From the NCBI GenBank assembly GCA_031962025.1, contig JAVRKW010000005.1: a stretch of DNA of 64,000 nt, one strand, 5' to 3'. How positions within the stretch are numbered: position 1 is the first letter of the stretch; each line of letters opens with the position of its first letter. The notes beneath the pieces were generated by a model. It worked only from the letters and a program-made list of their open reading frames with translations. It was not told where the DNA came from and made no database searches. Positions 43,613 through 53,153 of this stretch are shown here, piece by piece. Both the position numbers and the translations under genes were made by a program. The DNA is from Pseudothermotoga sp. GTDB lineage: Bacteria > Thermotogota > Thermotogae > Thermotogales > DSM-5069.

Positions 43613-43785
43613 ATCGCTGAATTTGCGGTTATGGCTGGTTGAAGATGAATTCACACCGCTTTGTGGAATGGTTTTGCATTAAGGTGTGGTTTTCTATTCC
43701 ATGCATCGCTTTTCTGGGTTTTTCTGGGTATTTTGAATAAAAAACATTAGTGGTTAACTCAAGTTAACACAAACTACGTGTTTTT

Positions 43786-44154
43786 TCAGCAACAGTCTGT
43801 TTTGTTTTTTATTTGAACGATCTGGTTTTTGTCGTTCAGTATCGCCACTTTTGGTCCTTTATATTCGTCATCGCTGAAAAGGGCAAAGCTCATTATTATA
43901 ACCTTGTCTCCTTTTTCGACAAGGCGCGCCGCAGCACCATTCAGTGCTATGACTCCACTGTTTGGCTTTCCTTTTATGACATAGGTTTCAAACCTTTCAC
44001 CGTTGTTCACATCTGCCACAAGTACTTTTTCGTTTTCTTTTAGATCAACGGCTTTCATCAGTTCTTCATCTATCTCAATACTTCCTTCGTATGCCATATT
44101 TTTATCTGTCACTGTAGCCATGTGAAGTTTTGACTTGAGCATGAATCTCATCAC
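43786..44154 (-). CDS. panD: Aspartate 1-decarboxylase
   Basis: [27 protein letters not shown] 44154 puts the cleavage Gly-Ser at residues 24-25. Confidence 0.96.
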   Translation of the reverse strand: MMRFMLKSKLHMATVTDKNMAYEGSIEIDEELMKAVDLKENEKVLVADVNNGERFETYVIKGKPNSGVIALNGAAARLVEKGDKVIIMSFALFSDDEYKGPKVAILNDKNQIVQIKNKTDCC

Positions 44155-44360
44155 GCTAATCCCTCCAAAATTGATTATAACAACTCTCACAGAACGGAAC
44201 AAAGATTTTCAAATACAGACATTGAGAATTAATATTCCTTTTGAATATAAGCTCAATCCTGTTATCTTAACCACTATTGCTTTATAAAGTGTTTGTTTTC
44301 AATACCTGTCTGGTATATAATAAAGACAAAATACAAATACAATTTTTGGGGGGTTATTAG

Positions 44361-46076
44361 ATGAAAAAAGCGACTTTGCTGGCAGTACTTGTGATTACTC
44401 TTTTAATTTCTGGATGTTTGAAACTCAACAACAATAAAGGTAAATTGATCGTCAACTTCAACCAGCTCAAAGCTATACCAGATTCGCAGGCAACTACAGG
44501 AATAATCAGAATAGATAAAAATGGCAGGGTTTTACAAAAAACTTTCGATTTTCCCATTTCTCAGGTGACGTTTGACTCAATCGAGGAAGGACTCTGGAAT
44601 ATCAGCGTACAGATATTGGACCAGAATAACCACATACTGTACACGGCTTTTGAACAGGTTAAGGTCATCGCCAATCAGACTAATTACTGTTCATTGAATC
44701 TTTCGCTGAATACCGCTGATCTTGTTTTGAATGTAAATGTACAATCAGACCAGCCAGATAGTATCAGTGTGGATCTTTGCTGTGGTGCTGAAAATATTAA
44801 CGAAAAGAAACCTGTTGAAAATAGAACAGCGGTTTTTTCTTTTAACAGCCTGAAAAGCGCCGTTTGGGATATGAAAATAACTCTTTTTTCTGAACAGAAT
44901 GTTATCATGACTGTGCCGCAGACAGGTTCATACGGCTTAGAACTTCAGCCGGGAAGAACCAATATTTTCAACGTGACAATCGATCGATTTGGAAATCTAT
45001 CGGTTGAGGTTTTAATTGAGCATCTGGATGTGGTACGCAATGCAACACTCACAAACCTTCAGGACGGGATTAAGATAGAATGGGATCCTGTTGAAGGCGC
45101 TGATTCATATGATTTGTACAGAAAAGAAGGTTTTTTATGGCTTAAATTGAATTCAACTCCACTTGAACAGTGTAATTTCACAGACAGTAATGTCATAGAG
45201 TGTGAGACTTACTATTACGTCATCAATGCAAAATCATCGTCGGGTCTTCAGAGTGGATTCTGTCAACCTTTCAGTATAACAAGAGACACAAACAGAGTTT
45301 TTGTGGGAGCTGGCAGTAAACTCTACAGTTTGAAAAGAACAGATTCTGGTTTTGAGATAGTAAAAACCGTCAGTTTAGCACAAAGTCCCTTTCATGTACA
45401 CACAAAAGGTAACCTTCTGTATGCTGCAACAAACAGCGGCGTGGTGGAATTTGATTCAACAACCTTTGAAATTCTCAGGAGCAAATCTGTTTTCATAATG
45501 TCGCCTGCAGACTTCACAGAAGATTATCTTTTTTTGATAGGAGCAAATAAGGTATATAGGTTAAATCTTTCCAGCTTTGAATATGATCAATACAGCATTC
45601 AATATGTCAACTTCTTGTCTGTAGATGACTATCTGTGTACAGTTGCTCAAAATCAGGTGCAGGTTCGTGACCTGAATGGGAACATAATAACTCAGACAGC
45701 CGGCAGCTATGCCTTTACTGAGGATGATAAGATCTTTGTTTACAACAACGGCAATTTAGAGTATTATACGATCAATAATAGCAATCTGAACTACAGAGGT
45801 TCAGTACCAATCTCTGGTACACCAAAGGCTGTGGATGTGTATCAACAGTATATCTACGTGGCTGTCGATGATGGTTTTTACGTGATTGATTTAAACACCA
45901 TGACCGGGCAGAAAACAAATCTGAATTTGACAAAAAATCTCATGGTTTGTAAAAATCAGTTATTCGTTGTACACGATAAATACCTGAAGGTGTATGACAT
46001 CACAGATCCAGCAGTTCCCGTTCAAAGATGTTCATATGGCTTTGAAAATTCGGTTTTGGCACTTTTTGTAGATTAA
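44361..46076 (+). CDS. Lipoprotein with Ig/FN3-like domains and C-terminal beta-propeller-like repeats
   Basis: Lipobox LLISG|C; IEWDPVEGADSYDLYRK (FN3-like); VYDITDPAVP (LVIVD-like). Confidence 0.7.
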   Translation: MKKATLLAVLVITLLISGCLKLNNNKGKLIVNFNQLKAIPDSQATTGIIRIDKNGRVLQKTFDFPISQVTFDSIEEGLWNISVQILDQNNHILYTAFEQVKVIANQTNYCSLNLSLNTADLVLNVNVQSDQPDSISVDLCCGAENINEKKPVENRTAVFSFNSLKSAVWDMKITLFSEQNVIMTVPQTGSYGLELQPGRTNIFNVTIDRFGNLSVEVLIEHLDVVRNATLTNLQDGIKIEWDPVEGADSYDLYRKEGFLWLKLNSTPLEQCNFTDSNVIECETYYYVINAKSSSGLQSGFCQPFSITRDTNRVFVGAGSKLYSLKRTDSGFEIVKTVSLAQSPFHVHTKGNLLYAATNSGVVEFDSTTFEILRSKSVFIMSPADFTEDYLFLIGANKVYRLNLSSFEYDQYSIQYVNFLSVDDYLCTVAQNQVQVRDLNGNIITQTAGSYAFTEDDKIFVYNNGNLEYYTINNSNLNYRGSVPISGTPKAVDVYQQYIYVAVDDGFYVIDLNTMTGQKTNLNLTKNLMVCKNQLFVVHDKYLKVYDITDPAVPVQRCSYGFENSVLALFVD

Positions 46077-47008
46077 AGGATGGTATCTTTGCCGCAAGTT
46101 GACTCAAGCCATTTTCTAAAAATTTTACCCTGATAGGTGTCTCTTGATACGAGTTCTTTTTCTATCTGGTTGACGATTTCCAGCTTTGACATACCCCAGT
46201 TTCCATATACTGTCATATCTTTTGGAGGGTCTGAGGCAAGCCGATGAATCACGATGCTGTCTGAAAGATTTTCCAAAAAAGCGATTACGCGATCTTTGTA
46301 TTGATCAAAACTCAGTAATTGAATCTGTCCTTTACTGACCATTTCTTCCAGTTCAGTTCCCCTCACGACATAGAGCGAATGTAATTTCACTCCATCCACA
46401 CCAAGTGATGAAATAGTTCTTGCTGTGTCTATGACATCTTCAATCTCGTCCCATGGCAGATCTACGATGACATGAACAACGATTTCAAGCTGGTGTTTTT
46501 TTGCCCTCAAAACAGCATCTATGAACTCTGCTAAGCCATGTCCTCTTTTGATAATTCTAAGGGTCTTTGGGTTTATAGTTTGAAGTCCAAGTTCAACAGA
46601 AACATCCACTCTTTCTTTGAAACTTTCAAGAACATCAAGAACTGGCTCTTGAAGGCAGTCTGGTCTTGTTGATACAGCAAGTTGTACAATACTTTCATCC
46701 ACAATAGCTTCCTGATATTTTCTCTTTAAAAGATCGACAGGTGCATATGTGTTTGTGAAAGCTTGAAAATAGACAATGAATTTCTCGGACCCATACTTGG
46801 ATATTGCCCATTGCTTTTGTCTCAGCACCTGTTCTTTTATGGAAAGATTGTGAAAGGCATTAAAACCGCTACCAGTTGGATCGCAGAATATACATGGGCT
46901 GGATTTTTCACGATTTGGACAGCTAAAGCCCGCATCTATGATAAGCCTGTGCACCTTTGTACCATATCTTTGCTTGAGATATTCACTCAGTTTTCGGTAT
47001 CTATTAAT
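46073..47008 (-). CDS. TIGR01212 (YhcC-like) radical SAM protein
   Basis: GFSCPNR..CIFC, YFQAFTNTY, TRPDC, ELGLQT; N-terminus extended to ATT 47008 (see findings). Confidence 0.9.
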   Translation of the reverse strand: MNRYRKLSEYLKQRYGTKVHRLIIDAGFSCPNREKSSPCIFCDPTGSGFNAFHNLSIKEQVLRQKQWAISKYGSEKFIVYFQAFTNTYAPVDLLKRKYQEAIVDESIVQLAVSTRPDCLQEPVLDVLESFKERVDVSVELGLQTINPKTLRIIKRGHGLAEFIDAVLRAKKHQLEIVVHVIVDLPWDEIEDVIDTARTISSLGVDGVKLHSLYVVRGTELEEMVSKGQIQLLSFDQYKDRVIAFLENLSDSIVIHRLASDPPKDMTVYGNWGMSKLEIVNQIEKELVSRDTYQGKIFRKWLESTCGKDTIL

Positions 47009-48237
47009 CTTCTCATCACCTCTATGGATTTTCTTCTTATTTCAGACTCATCGATCGTAGGATAAACACCGTTCATGTAAACCCATTTGCCCTTTATCAT
47101 CGTTGCAAAGACATCGGTCGAATTTGCCGAGTGAACAAGATGTGCTTTTAAGTTTTTGGACGGCAAATACCATGGTTTTTGTATGTCGATAACTATCAAG
47201 TCGGCATCTGCGCCAATCTCAATTGCCCCAGCCGCAAGACCGCTCGCCTTGGCTCCCATGATCGTTGCCATGGCTAAAGCCTGTTCAACGGTTACATTTG
47301 TCGGATCATCCATCTTCTGTAAAAGAGCTGCAAGCCTCATTTCATGCCAGATGTCCAGCGTGTTATTGCTTGCTGCACCATCGGTACCAAGGCATACCTG
47401 AACATTTTTGCTCAGCATCTTATGAATCGGTGCAATACCATTTGCCAGCTTCAGATTACTCGTTGGATTGTGTGCTATAAAAAAGTTCTTTCTTGCTAAA
47501 AGGTCAATCTCCTGATCTTTGACATGAACACAATGTGCAAAAATGACATCACACTCAAAAAGACTCGTTTTGAGTAATTCCACCAAGGAATAATTTTCTT
47601 TTTTTGATTCGTACAGATGAATAGTCACTTTTGCCTTCAGATCGCGCGCAGCTTTGCATACTTGATCTATATAATCCAAGGAACAACTGTAAGGTGCATG
47701 AGGACCAAAGCCGACGAGTATCAAACCATCTTTTCCGTTCCAGCGTTCAAAATACTGCACATTCTCGCGCAATCTGCCGCCATCAGAACCAGGGGTGCCT
47801 TTGTTTGTAAGACCACGGGTTATCAAAGCCTTCATACCAAAGTCAACCGCAGCCTGTGCAACTGCGTCACAGTGAAAATACATATCCACATAAGCCACAA
47901 CGCCTTTTCGCGCCATTTCCATCTGAGCCAGCATGGTGCCATAATAAACATCTTCTTGTGTTAACCTTTCTTCTATGGGAAAGATCTTTTTAAAAAGCCA
48001 GTCCTCCAGGTACATGTCCTCGGCAGTACTCCGCATCAATGTCATGGCAGCGTGCGTGTGAGAATTCACCAGACCGGGCATTATCAATTTACCTGAAAAA
48101 TCATATCTCTCATCGACATTCTCATCAACAATATCTCCCAGTTGCGAGATCTTCCCATCTTCTATTAAAATCTTCAAAACTGCCGGATGAGAAAATGCGT
48201 CTTTCAAAACCAGAGCATTCTCAAGCAGAATTTTCAA
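46987..48237 (-). CDS. mtaD: 5'-methylthioadenosine/S-adenosylhomocysteine deaminase
   Basis: NSHTHAAM, PHAPY, IHLYE, LGTDGAASNN. Confidence 0.88.
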   Translation of the reverse strand: MKILLENALVLKDAFSHPAVLKILIEDGKISQLGDIVDENVDERYDFSGKLIMPGLVNSHTHAAMTLMRSTAEDMYLEDWLFKKIFPIEERLTQEDVYYGTMLAQMEMARKGVVAYVDMYFHCDAVAQAAVDFGMKALITRGLTNKGTPGSDGGRLRENVQYFERWNGKDGLILVGFGPHAPYSCSLDYIDQVCKAARDLKAKVTIHLYESKKENYSLVELLKTSLFECDVIFAHCVHVKDQEIDLLARKNFFIAHNPTSNLKLANGIAPIHKMLSKNVQVCLGTDGAASNNTLDIWHEMRLAALLQKMDDPTNVTVEQALAMATIMGAKASGLAAGAIEIGADADLIVIDIQKPWYLPSKNLKAHLVHSANSTDVFATMIKGKWVYMNGVYPTIDESEIRRKSIEVMRRLIDTEN

Positions 48238-49672
48238 GTTCTCTCAACCCCTTTTCCAGTTCCGTCATTTTCCTTTCAGCCTTTTCTTTGTTTTGTTCTT
48301 CAACTTTGATGTACACTTTCAACTTCGGTTCGGTGCCCGAAGGTCTTATGTATATCTTTGCTCCATTGACCCTGATCAATAGAGTCTGGTTTGGTATGAG
48401 TTTATCCAGCGAATAATCGTATAATTCTTCCACCTTGAAGTGACCTATCTTCTGTGGTGGCATACTGGACAGATGTTCATAGAGACGCTTCGCGCGCTCA
48501 GAACTTTCTACTTCAAAGGAAATGAGTTTCTCGAGATGATAACCGTATTTGTCGTACAGGTAATTCAACTGATCGATGGGATTGAACCTTGTACACATGG
48601 CTGCTATGAGTGCAGATCCGATCACACCGTCTTTGTCTCTGACAAAATCTCCGGTCAGATAACCACAGCTTTCTTCAAAAGCCAGAAAATATCTAAAATC
48701 TGGATCTGTGCTTCTTTTTTCTATTTCACTGCCGATGAACTTAAAACCAGTCGGGGTTTCCACAACCAGATGATTGCGATCTTTGCAAATGTGGTTGACC
48801 ATATCGGTGGTGACAATGGTTTTAAACAAATAACTGCCAGATTGAAATTCTTTGCTGAGCATATCGCTGAGCAAAATGCCCACCTGATTGCCTGTCAATC
48901 TACGACCGTAAGCTATAAAACCCACTCTATCGCAATCTGGATCTGTAGCAATTCCAAAATGGATTTTTCGCTCGTCAGCGTATTTTATTATTTGCTCAAA
49001 GGCACTCTCTTCTTCGGGATTAGGCAATTTGACAGTTGAGAACATTGGATCTGGATGCATTTGACTTTCCACACAAACTAAATCTATTCCCAACGATTCA
49101 AGAACAACTGGTACAAACTCCGCTCCCGTACCGTGAAGCGGCGAATAAACCAAGCTCACCTTTGAGGAATCCAGAACGTATGGTTTGATCAACCCAACGA
49201 CACGATCGATGTATTCTTTTATGACTTCTTCCGGCACGGGATGAACCAAAGGCTCACGGCAGGCAGGAAGTGGTTTATCCATAAAAGACGAAATTTTCTC
49301 GGTGTGTACCGGTATGGCTTGAACGCCGTCACATGTGTAAACTTTAAAGCCGTTGTACTGTGGAGGATTATGGCTTGCGGTGATCACAATGCCAGCCGAA
49401 GCCTTCATAAACCTGATCGCAAAAGATAAAATCGGTGTTGGTACGGGTCTTTGAAATAGATGAGTTTCAATACCGTACGATGACACAGTTTCTGCGGCGA
49501 GTTTCGCAAATTCTTCTGAATTTTTTCTCGTGTCATAGGCAATGACTATACCTTGGTGAGATTCACTCAGCATCCAACTTGCAACTGCTCTGCTTGCTTT
49601 TTCAACCAGATCATGATCAAATTCACCTTTTTTCATGACGCCCCTGATACCGCCTGTACCGAAGAGTATCAA
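48221..49672 (-). CDS. Phosphoglucomutase/phosphomannomutase
   Basis: FGTGGIRG, TASHNP, TDPDCDR, RPSGTEPK; likely TTG start 49672. Confidence 0.93.
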   Translation of the reverse strand: MILFGTGGIRGVMKKGEFDHDLVEKASRAVASWMLSESHQGIVIAYDTRKNSEEFAKLAAETVSSYGIETHLFQRPVPTPILSFAIRFMKASAGIVITASHNPPQYNGFKVYTCDGVQAIPVHTEKISSFMDKPLPACREPLVHPVPEEVIKEYIDRVVGLIKPYVLDSSKVSLVYSPLHGTGAEFVPVVLESLGIDLVCVESQMHPDPMFSTVKLPNPEEESAFEQIIKYADERKIHFGIATDPDCDRVGFIAYGRRLTGNQVGILLSDMLSKEFQSGSYLFKTIVTTDMVNHICKDRNHLVVETPTGFKFIGSEIEKRSTDPDFRYFLAFEESCGYLTGDFVRDKDGVIGSALIAAMCTRFNPIDQLNYLYDKYGYHLEKLISFEVESSERAKRLYEHLSSMPPQKIGHFKVEELYDYSLDKLIPNQTLLIRVNGAKIYIRPSGTEPKLKVYIKVEEQNKEKAERKMTELEKGLRELENSA

Positions 49673-49677
49673 AACGA

Positions 49678-51228
49678 TCACCTCTGAAAAATTTCTTCGC
49701 CACCGATCATTCTAAGTAACTCTTTCTTTTTCTCATTCTCGTTCAAAGTTTTTAAAACCATCTTATCCATAGATCGTTCCACAACAAAATGTCTGTCGGC
49801 TTGAACGGCTATCTGCGGTAAGTGCGTTACAACGATCGTTTGAAGGTTTTTGGAGACATCTTTCAGTTTTCTGCCAAGCACATTACCTACCATACCACCT
49901 ATACCGGCATCGACTTCGTCGAAAACAAGAGTTTGTGAAGAAAACTTGGAAGCATAAACGAGCTCCAAGCAGAGCAATAACCTTGAAAGTTCTCCTCCAG
50001 AAAGGATATTCTTTATAGGCAACTGATCCTGGTTTGGCAAAACCACCGTGAACTCAACCTGATCAATTCCAGCCGCATTCAGATCCTGCAACTTTTCAAT
50101 TTTCACCAAAAAATTCATGTTCATCGCCAGATCTTTCAGGTGTTTTTTCACCTGCTCTGTTATGTCCTGTGCGGCTTGAACGCGCTGATCGTGAATTTCA
50201 TTTGCCAATTCAAAAGCACGGTTTCTGAGCTGTTTTATCTGTTCTTTCGCCTGTGAAAATTTTTGCAATTTGCTGTTCAGTTCATCGTATCTGGACTTTG
50301 CCTTGATAAAGTATTCAATTACATCCTTGATTTCCGGACCATACCTGCGTTTTATATCATTGTAATCCCAGATTCTTTGCTCGATTTCTTTGATATCTTC
50401 TATTTCCAGTTCCTGAAGATTTGATTTTGCAAATCTATTGAGTTCCTGCGATTTTTCCAGAACTTCTTTCAAAAGATCGACGAATCCTGCTGGAAAGATG
50501 CGGGAAAGTTTTTCGGATCTTTGAAGCACATCCCAGAGTGTTGCAAAACCATCAGGTGAATCATTTTCAATGACAGATGTGACCTTTGAGAGAATTTCTG
50601 CTATCTGCTGGCGTTTTAAGATTCGCTCATATTTCTCTTTGAGTGAAATTTCTTCTTCTTCTGACGGTTTTACTCGATCAAAATACTCGATCTCTGAGCG
50701 AAGGTTTTCTATCTGTTTTTGTAATGTCTGAAGGTCAATTTCATCGAGAAATTTTTCAAGTTCCTTCACAGTCCGGTATAACTGAGAATATTCCTCAACT
50801 ATGTGCTGATCTTCAAGAAAGGCATCAAGGAAAATCTGCTGGTTTTTTGGTTTGAGCAAACCAGTTTGAGAATTCTGCTGGTGGAAGTATACCAAGTCCT
50901 CAAACAAAAGTTCAACGGTGCTCTGAGTGCACATTTTTCCATTTAACCTGTAAACCCACCGTTTACCCAAAGAAAGGCTTATCACGACCTCGTCTTCATC
51001 TATTCCAAATTCAGCCAGTTTTTGATCTGGAACAGTTATTAAGGCTTCCAGATAGCAATTATCGTTTGCTGGGAGATCGACTTTCCTGCCAAGAACTGCC
51101 TGCAACGCTCTCAACAAAATCGATTTACCGGCACCAGTTTCACCGGTTATCACGTTCAAACCTTCAGAAAAGGAAAATTCAAACTGGTCAAAGTACAGCA
51201 AATTCTTCCCAGCAAAGTGTACAAGCAC
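49678..51228 (-). CDS. recN: DNA repair protein RecN
   Basis: ITGETGAGKS, coiled coil, SGGELSR, FDEVDAGIGG, VTHLPQIA. Confidence 0.93.
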   Translation of the reverse strand: MLVHFAGKNLLYFDQFEFSFSEGLNVITGETGAGKSILLRALQAVLGRKVDLPANDNCYLEALITVPDQKLAEFGIDEDEVVISLSLGKRWVYRLNGKMCTQSTVELLFEDLVYFHQQNSQTGLLKPKNQQIFLDAFLEDQHIVEEYSQLYRTVKELEKFLDEIDLQTLQKQIENLRSEIEYFDRVKPSEEEEISLKEKYERILKRQQIAEILSKVTSVIENDSPDGFATLWDVLQRSEKLSRIFPAGFVDLLKEVLEKSQELNRFAKSNLQELEIEDIKEIEQRIWDYNDIKRRYGPEIKDVIEYFIKAKSRYDELNSKLQKFSQAKEQIKQLRNRAFELANEIHDQRVQAAQDITEQVKKHLKDLAMNMNFLVKIEKLQDLNAAGIDQVEFTVVLPNQDQLPIKNILSGGELSRLLLCLELVYASKFSSQTLVFDEVDAGIGGMVGNVLGRKLKDVSKNLQTIVVTHLPQIAVQADRHFVVERSMDKMVLKTLNENEKKKELLRMIGGEEIFQR

Positions 51229-51239
51229 ACAAACACTTC

Positions 51240-53126
51240 CTAAAAACGAATGTCTAAGTGCTCAACCAGATTTGGTGGTATCTTTTTCACGAAATCTGCA
51301 CCATTTGTCCAGTACATGTAAGGTACAGATGAGAATCTCTGCTTTAAAATATACAACAATTTCCTGGGTCGCGTCAGCGCAACATAGAAAATTCTCTCTT
51401 CTTCATCCAGATTACCATCGATCAGTGCGTAGTAACTTGGAAAATCACCGGGATTCACACTGAGAATAAAGACAACATCCCACTCAAGGCCCTTTGCCTG
51501 ATGGATCGTCGTCAGGATCACTTTGCCCTTTGAACGGTTGTCATTTTCTTCGTCCTGGTTCAGTGTGAGATCTGACAAAAATCTCTCCAAGGATTTATAC
51601 CTTTCGGCGATCTGGATCAATCTTTCGATATCCATCTGTCTATCATGAAAATCTGGATAATTGTCCTGAAGATATCGAGAATAGAAATCTTCATAGATCA
51701 CTTTTATCTTCTCACTCGCAGTTTCTTTTTCAGAAACCTTACGCACCAAATCGATGAAATCTTTGACTTGAGTCTTTTTGGCAAAAAATTCCTGAACTAT
51801 CTGAGTTACAGTCTTTGTACTTGAAAATTCAAAAGCGTATTCAGCGAGATTCGACGCTGTCTTTGCTCCAACACCCGGAAAAAGCCTTGCGACTCTGCTC
51901 CAGGATATTTTGTCACGTGCGTTGTGAAAGATCTTCAAAAAAGCCAAGATGTCTTTGACATGTGCTGTTTCGGTGAATCGAATCCCGGAGAGTATTTTGA
52001 AATCAATCTGTGATTTTGAAAGCTCAATCTGAAGATCAAGTGAATGAGCATGGCTTCTGTACAACACGGCAATTTCACCGGGCTCAAAACCTTTTTCAAT
52101 CAATCGCAGTATTTCACGGGCAACAAAGCGCGCTTCTTCTTCTTTGTCATTTGTTTCAACCACTACAGGTTTTTTCCCACCGGTCTTCACGGCTCTCAAA
52201 GTCTTTGGAACGGACTTTTTCGGAATCAGTCTATTTACAAGATTGACTATTGTTTCATCGCTTCGGTAGTTTGTCTGGATTTTGAACAATTTTGTGTTTT
52301 TCACATTCATGAAATCTCTGACATTTTCATACCTTGCACCTCGAAAAGAATAGATGCTCTGAGAATCATCTGCCACGACTACCACATTGCCGTGTACTGT
52401 TGAGAGCAATTCTATCAACTGAAGCTGCAAGATATTTGTATCCTGAAATTCGTCTACTAGAATCCACTTGTACTTTGAAGCTTCTTTAGTCCGTGCAGAG
52501 ACATCTTGCTGTAAAACTTGAACTGCAAAAATCAAAAGATCATCGTAATCAACGCAATTCTGATTTCTTTTTTCAACGGTGTACTCTGTGTATACACGCT
52601 CAATAACAGGCTCGAACTCTATGTACTTGGGATTGAGTTTTAAAATCGCTTCATGTAACGGTGTCAAAGTGTTTGCACAGTACGAAAAGATCTTCTGGAG
52701 CACGCTGTGAGCTGGAAAATGTTTGATCTCACCTTCTTTTTCCAGTACGATTGTTCTTACGTGTTTGATGAGAGTTTTTGAATCTTCTTCATCGAGAATG
52801 GAGAAATTCGGTGACAGTCCCACTCTTGAAGCATATTTTCTGAGTATCAGATTGCAAACATGATGAAAGGTGCCGGCGGTGATGTCCTCAAGATCCATAC
52901 CTGTGAGAAGTTTTGCACGCTCTATCATTTCATTTGCCGCAGCCCTCGTGAAAGTGACAAGCAGGATTTCCGAAGGTTTTACTCCGCATCTGATTAAATG
53001 TAAGAGTTTGTAGGTGATAACCCTTGTTTTCCCTGAACCAGGACCGGCTATGACTATTGATCTACCAGAAGAACTCAAAACAGCTTGTCTTTGTTCTTCA
53101 TCCAGTTCGGAAAGATAATCTACCAA
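51240..53126 (-). CDS. UvrD/PcrA family DNA helicase
   Basis: AGPGSGKT, VDEFQD, QSIYSFRG, TIHQAKGLEW, EEERIFYVALTR. Confidence 0.95.
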   Translation of the reverse strand: MVDYLSELDEEQRQAVLSSSGRSIVIAGPGSGKTRVITYKLLHLIRCGVKPSEILLVTFTRAAANEMIERAKLLTGMDLEDITAGTFHHVCNLILRKYASRVGLSPNFSILDEEDSKTLIKHVRTIVLEKEGEIKHFPAHSVLQKIFSYCANTLTPLHEAILKLNPKYIEFEPVIERVYTEYTVEKRNQNCVDYDDLLIFAVQVLQQDVSARTKEASKYKWILVDEFQDTNILQLQLIELLSTVHGNVVVVADDSQSIYSFRGARYENVRDFMNVKNTKLFKIQTNYRSDETIVNLVNRLIPKKSVPKTLRAVKTGGKKPVVVETNDKEEEARFVAREILRLIEKGFEPGEIAVLYRSHAHSLDLQIELSKSQIDFKILSGIRFTETAHVKDILAFLKIFHNARDKISWSRVARLFPGVGAKTASNLAEYAFEFSSTKTVTQIVQEFFAKKTQVKDFIDLVRKVSEKETASEKIKVIYEDFYSRYLQDNYPDFHDRQMDIERLIQIAERYKSLERFLSDLTLNQDEENDNRSKGKVILTTIHQAKGLEWDVVFILSVNPGDFPSYYALIDGNLDEEERIFYVALTRPRKLLYILKQRFSSVPYMYWTNGADFVKKIPPNLVEHLDIRF

Positions 53127-53153
53127 AAAACACACCTCGTTTGAATTTTATCA

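Noticed and set aside
43753..43768. Palindrome GTTAACT-CA-AGTTAAC downstream of panD
   Set aside because: Could be a weak panD terminator or a second operator; AT-rich and not assignable from sequence
48440..49039. 199-aa antisense ORF; likewise 58608-59210, 30157-30690 and the other short overlapping ORFs
   Set aside because: Fully overlap well-supported genes on the other strand or frame, with atypical composition
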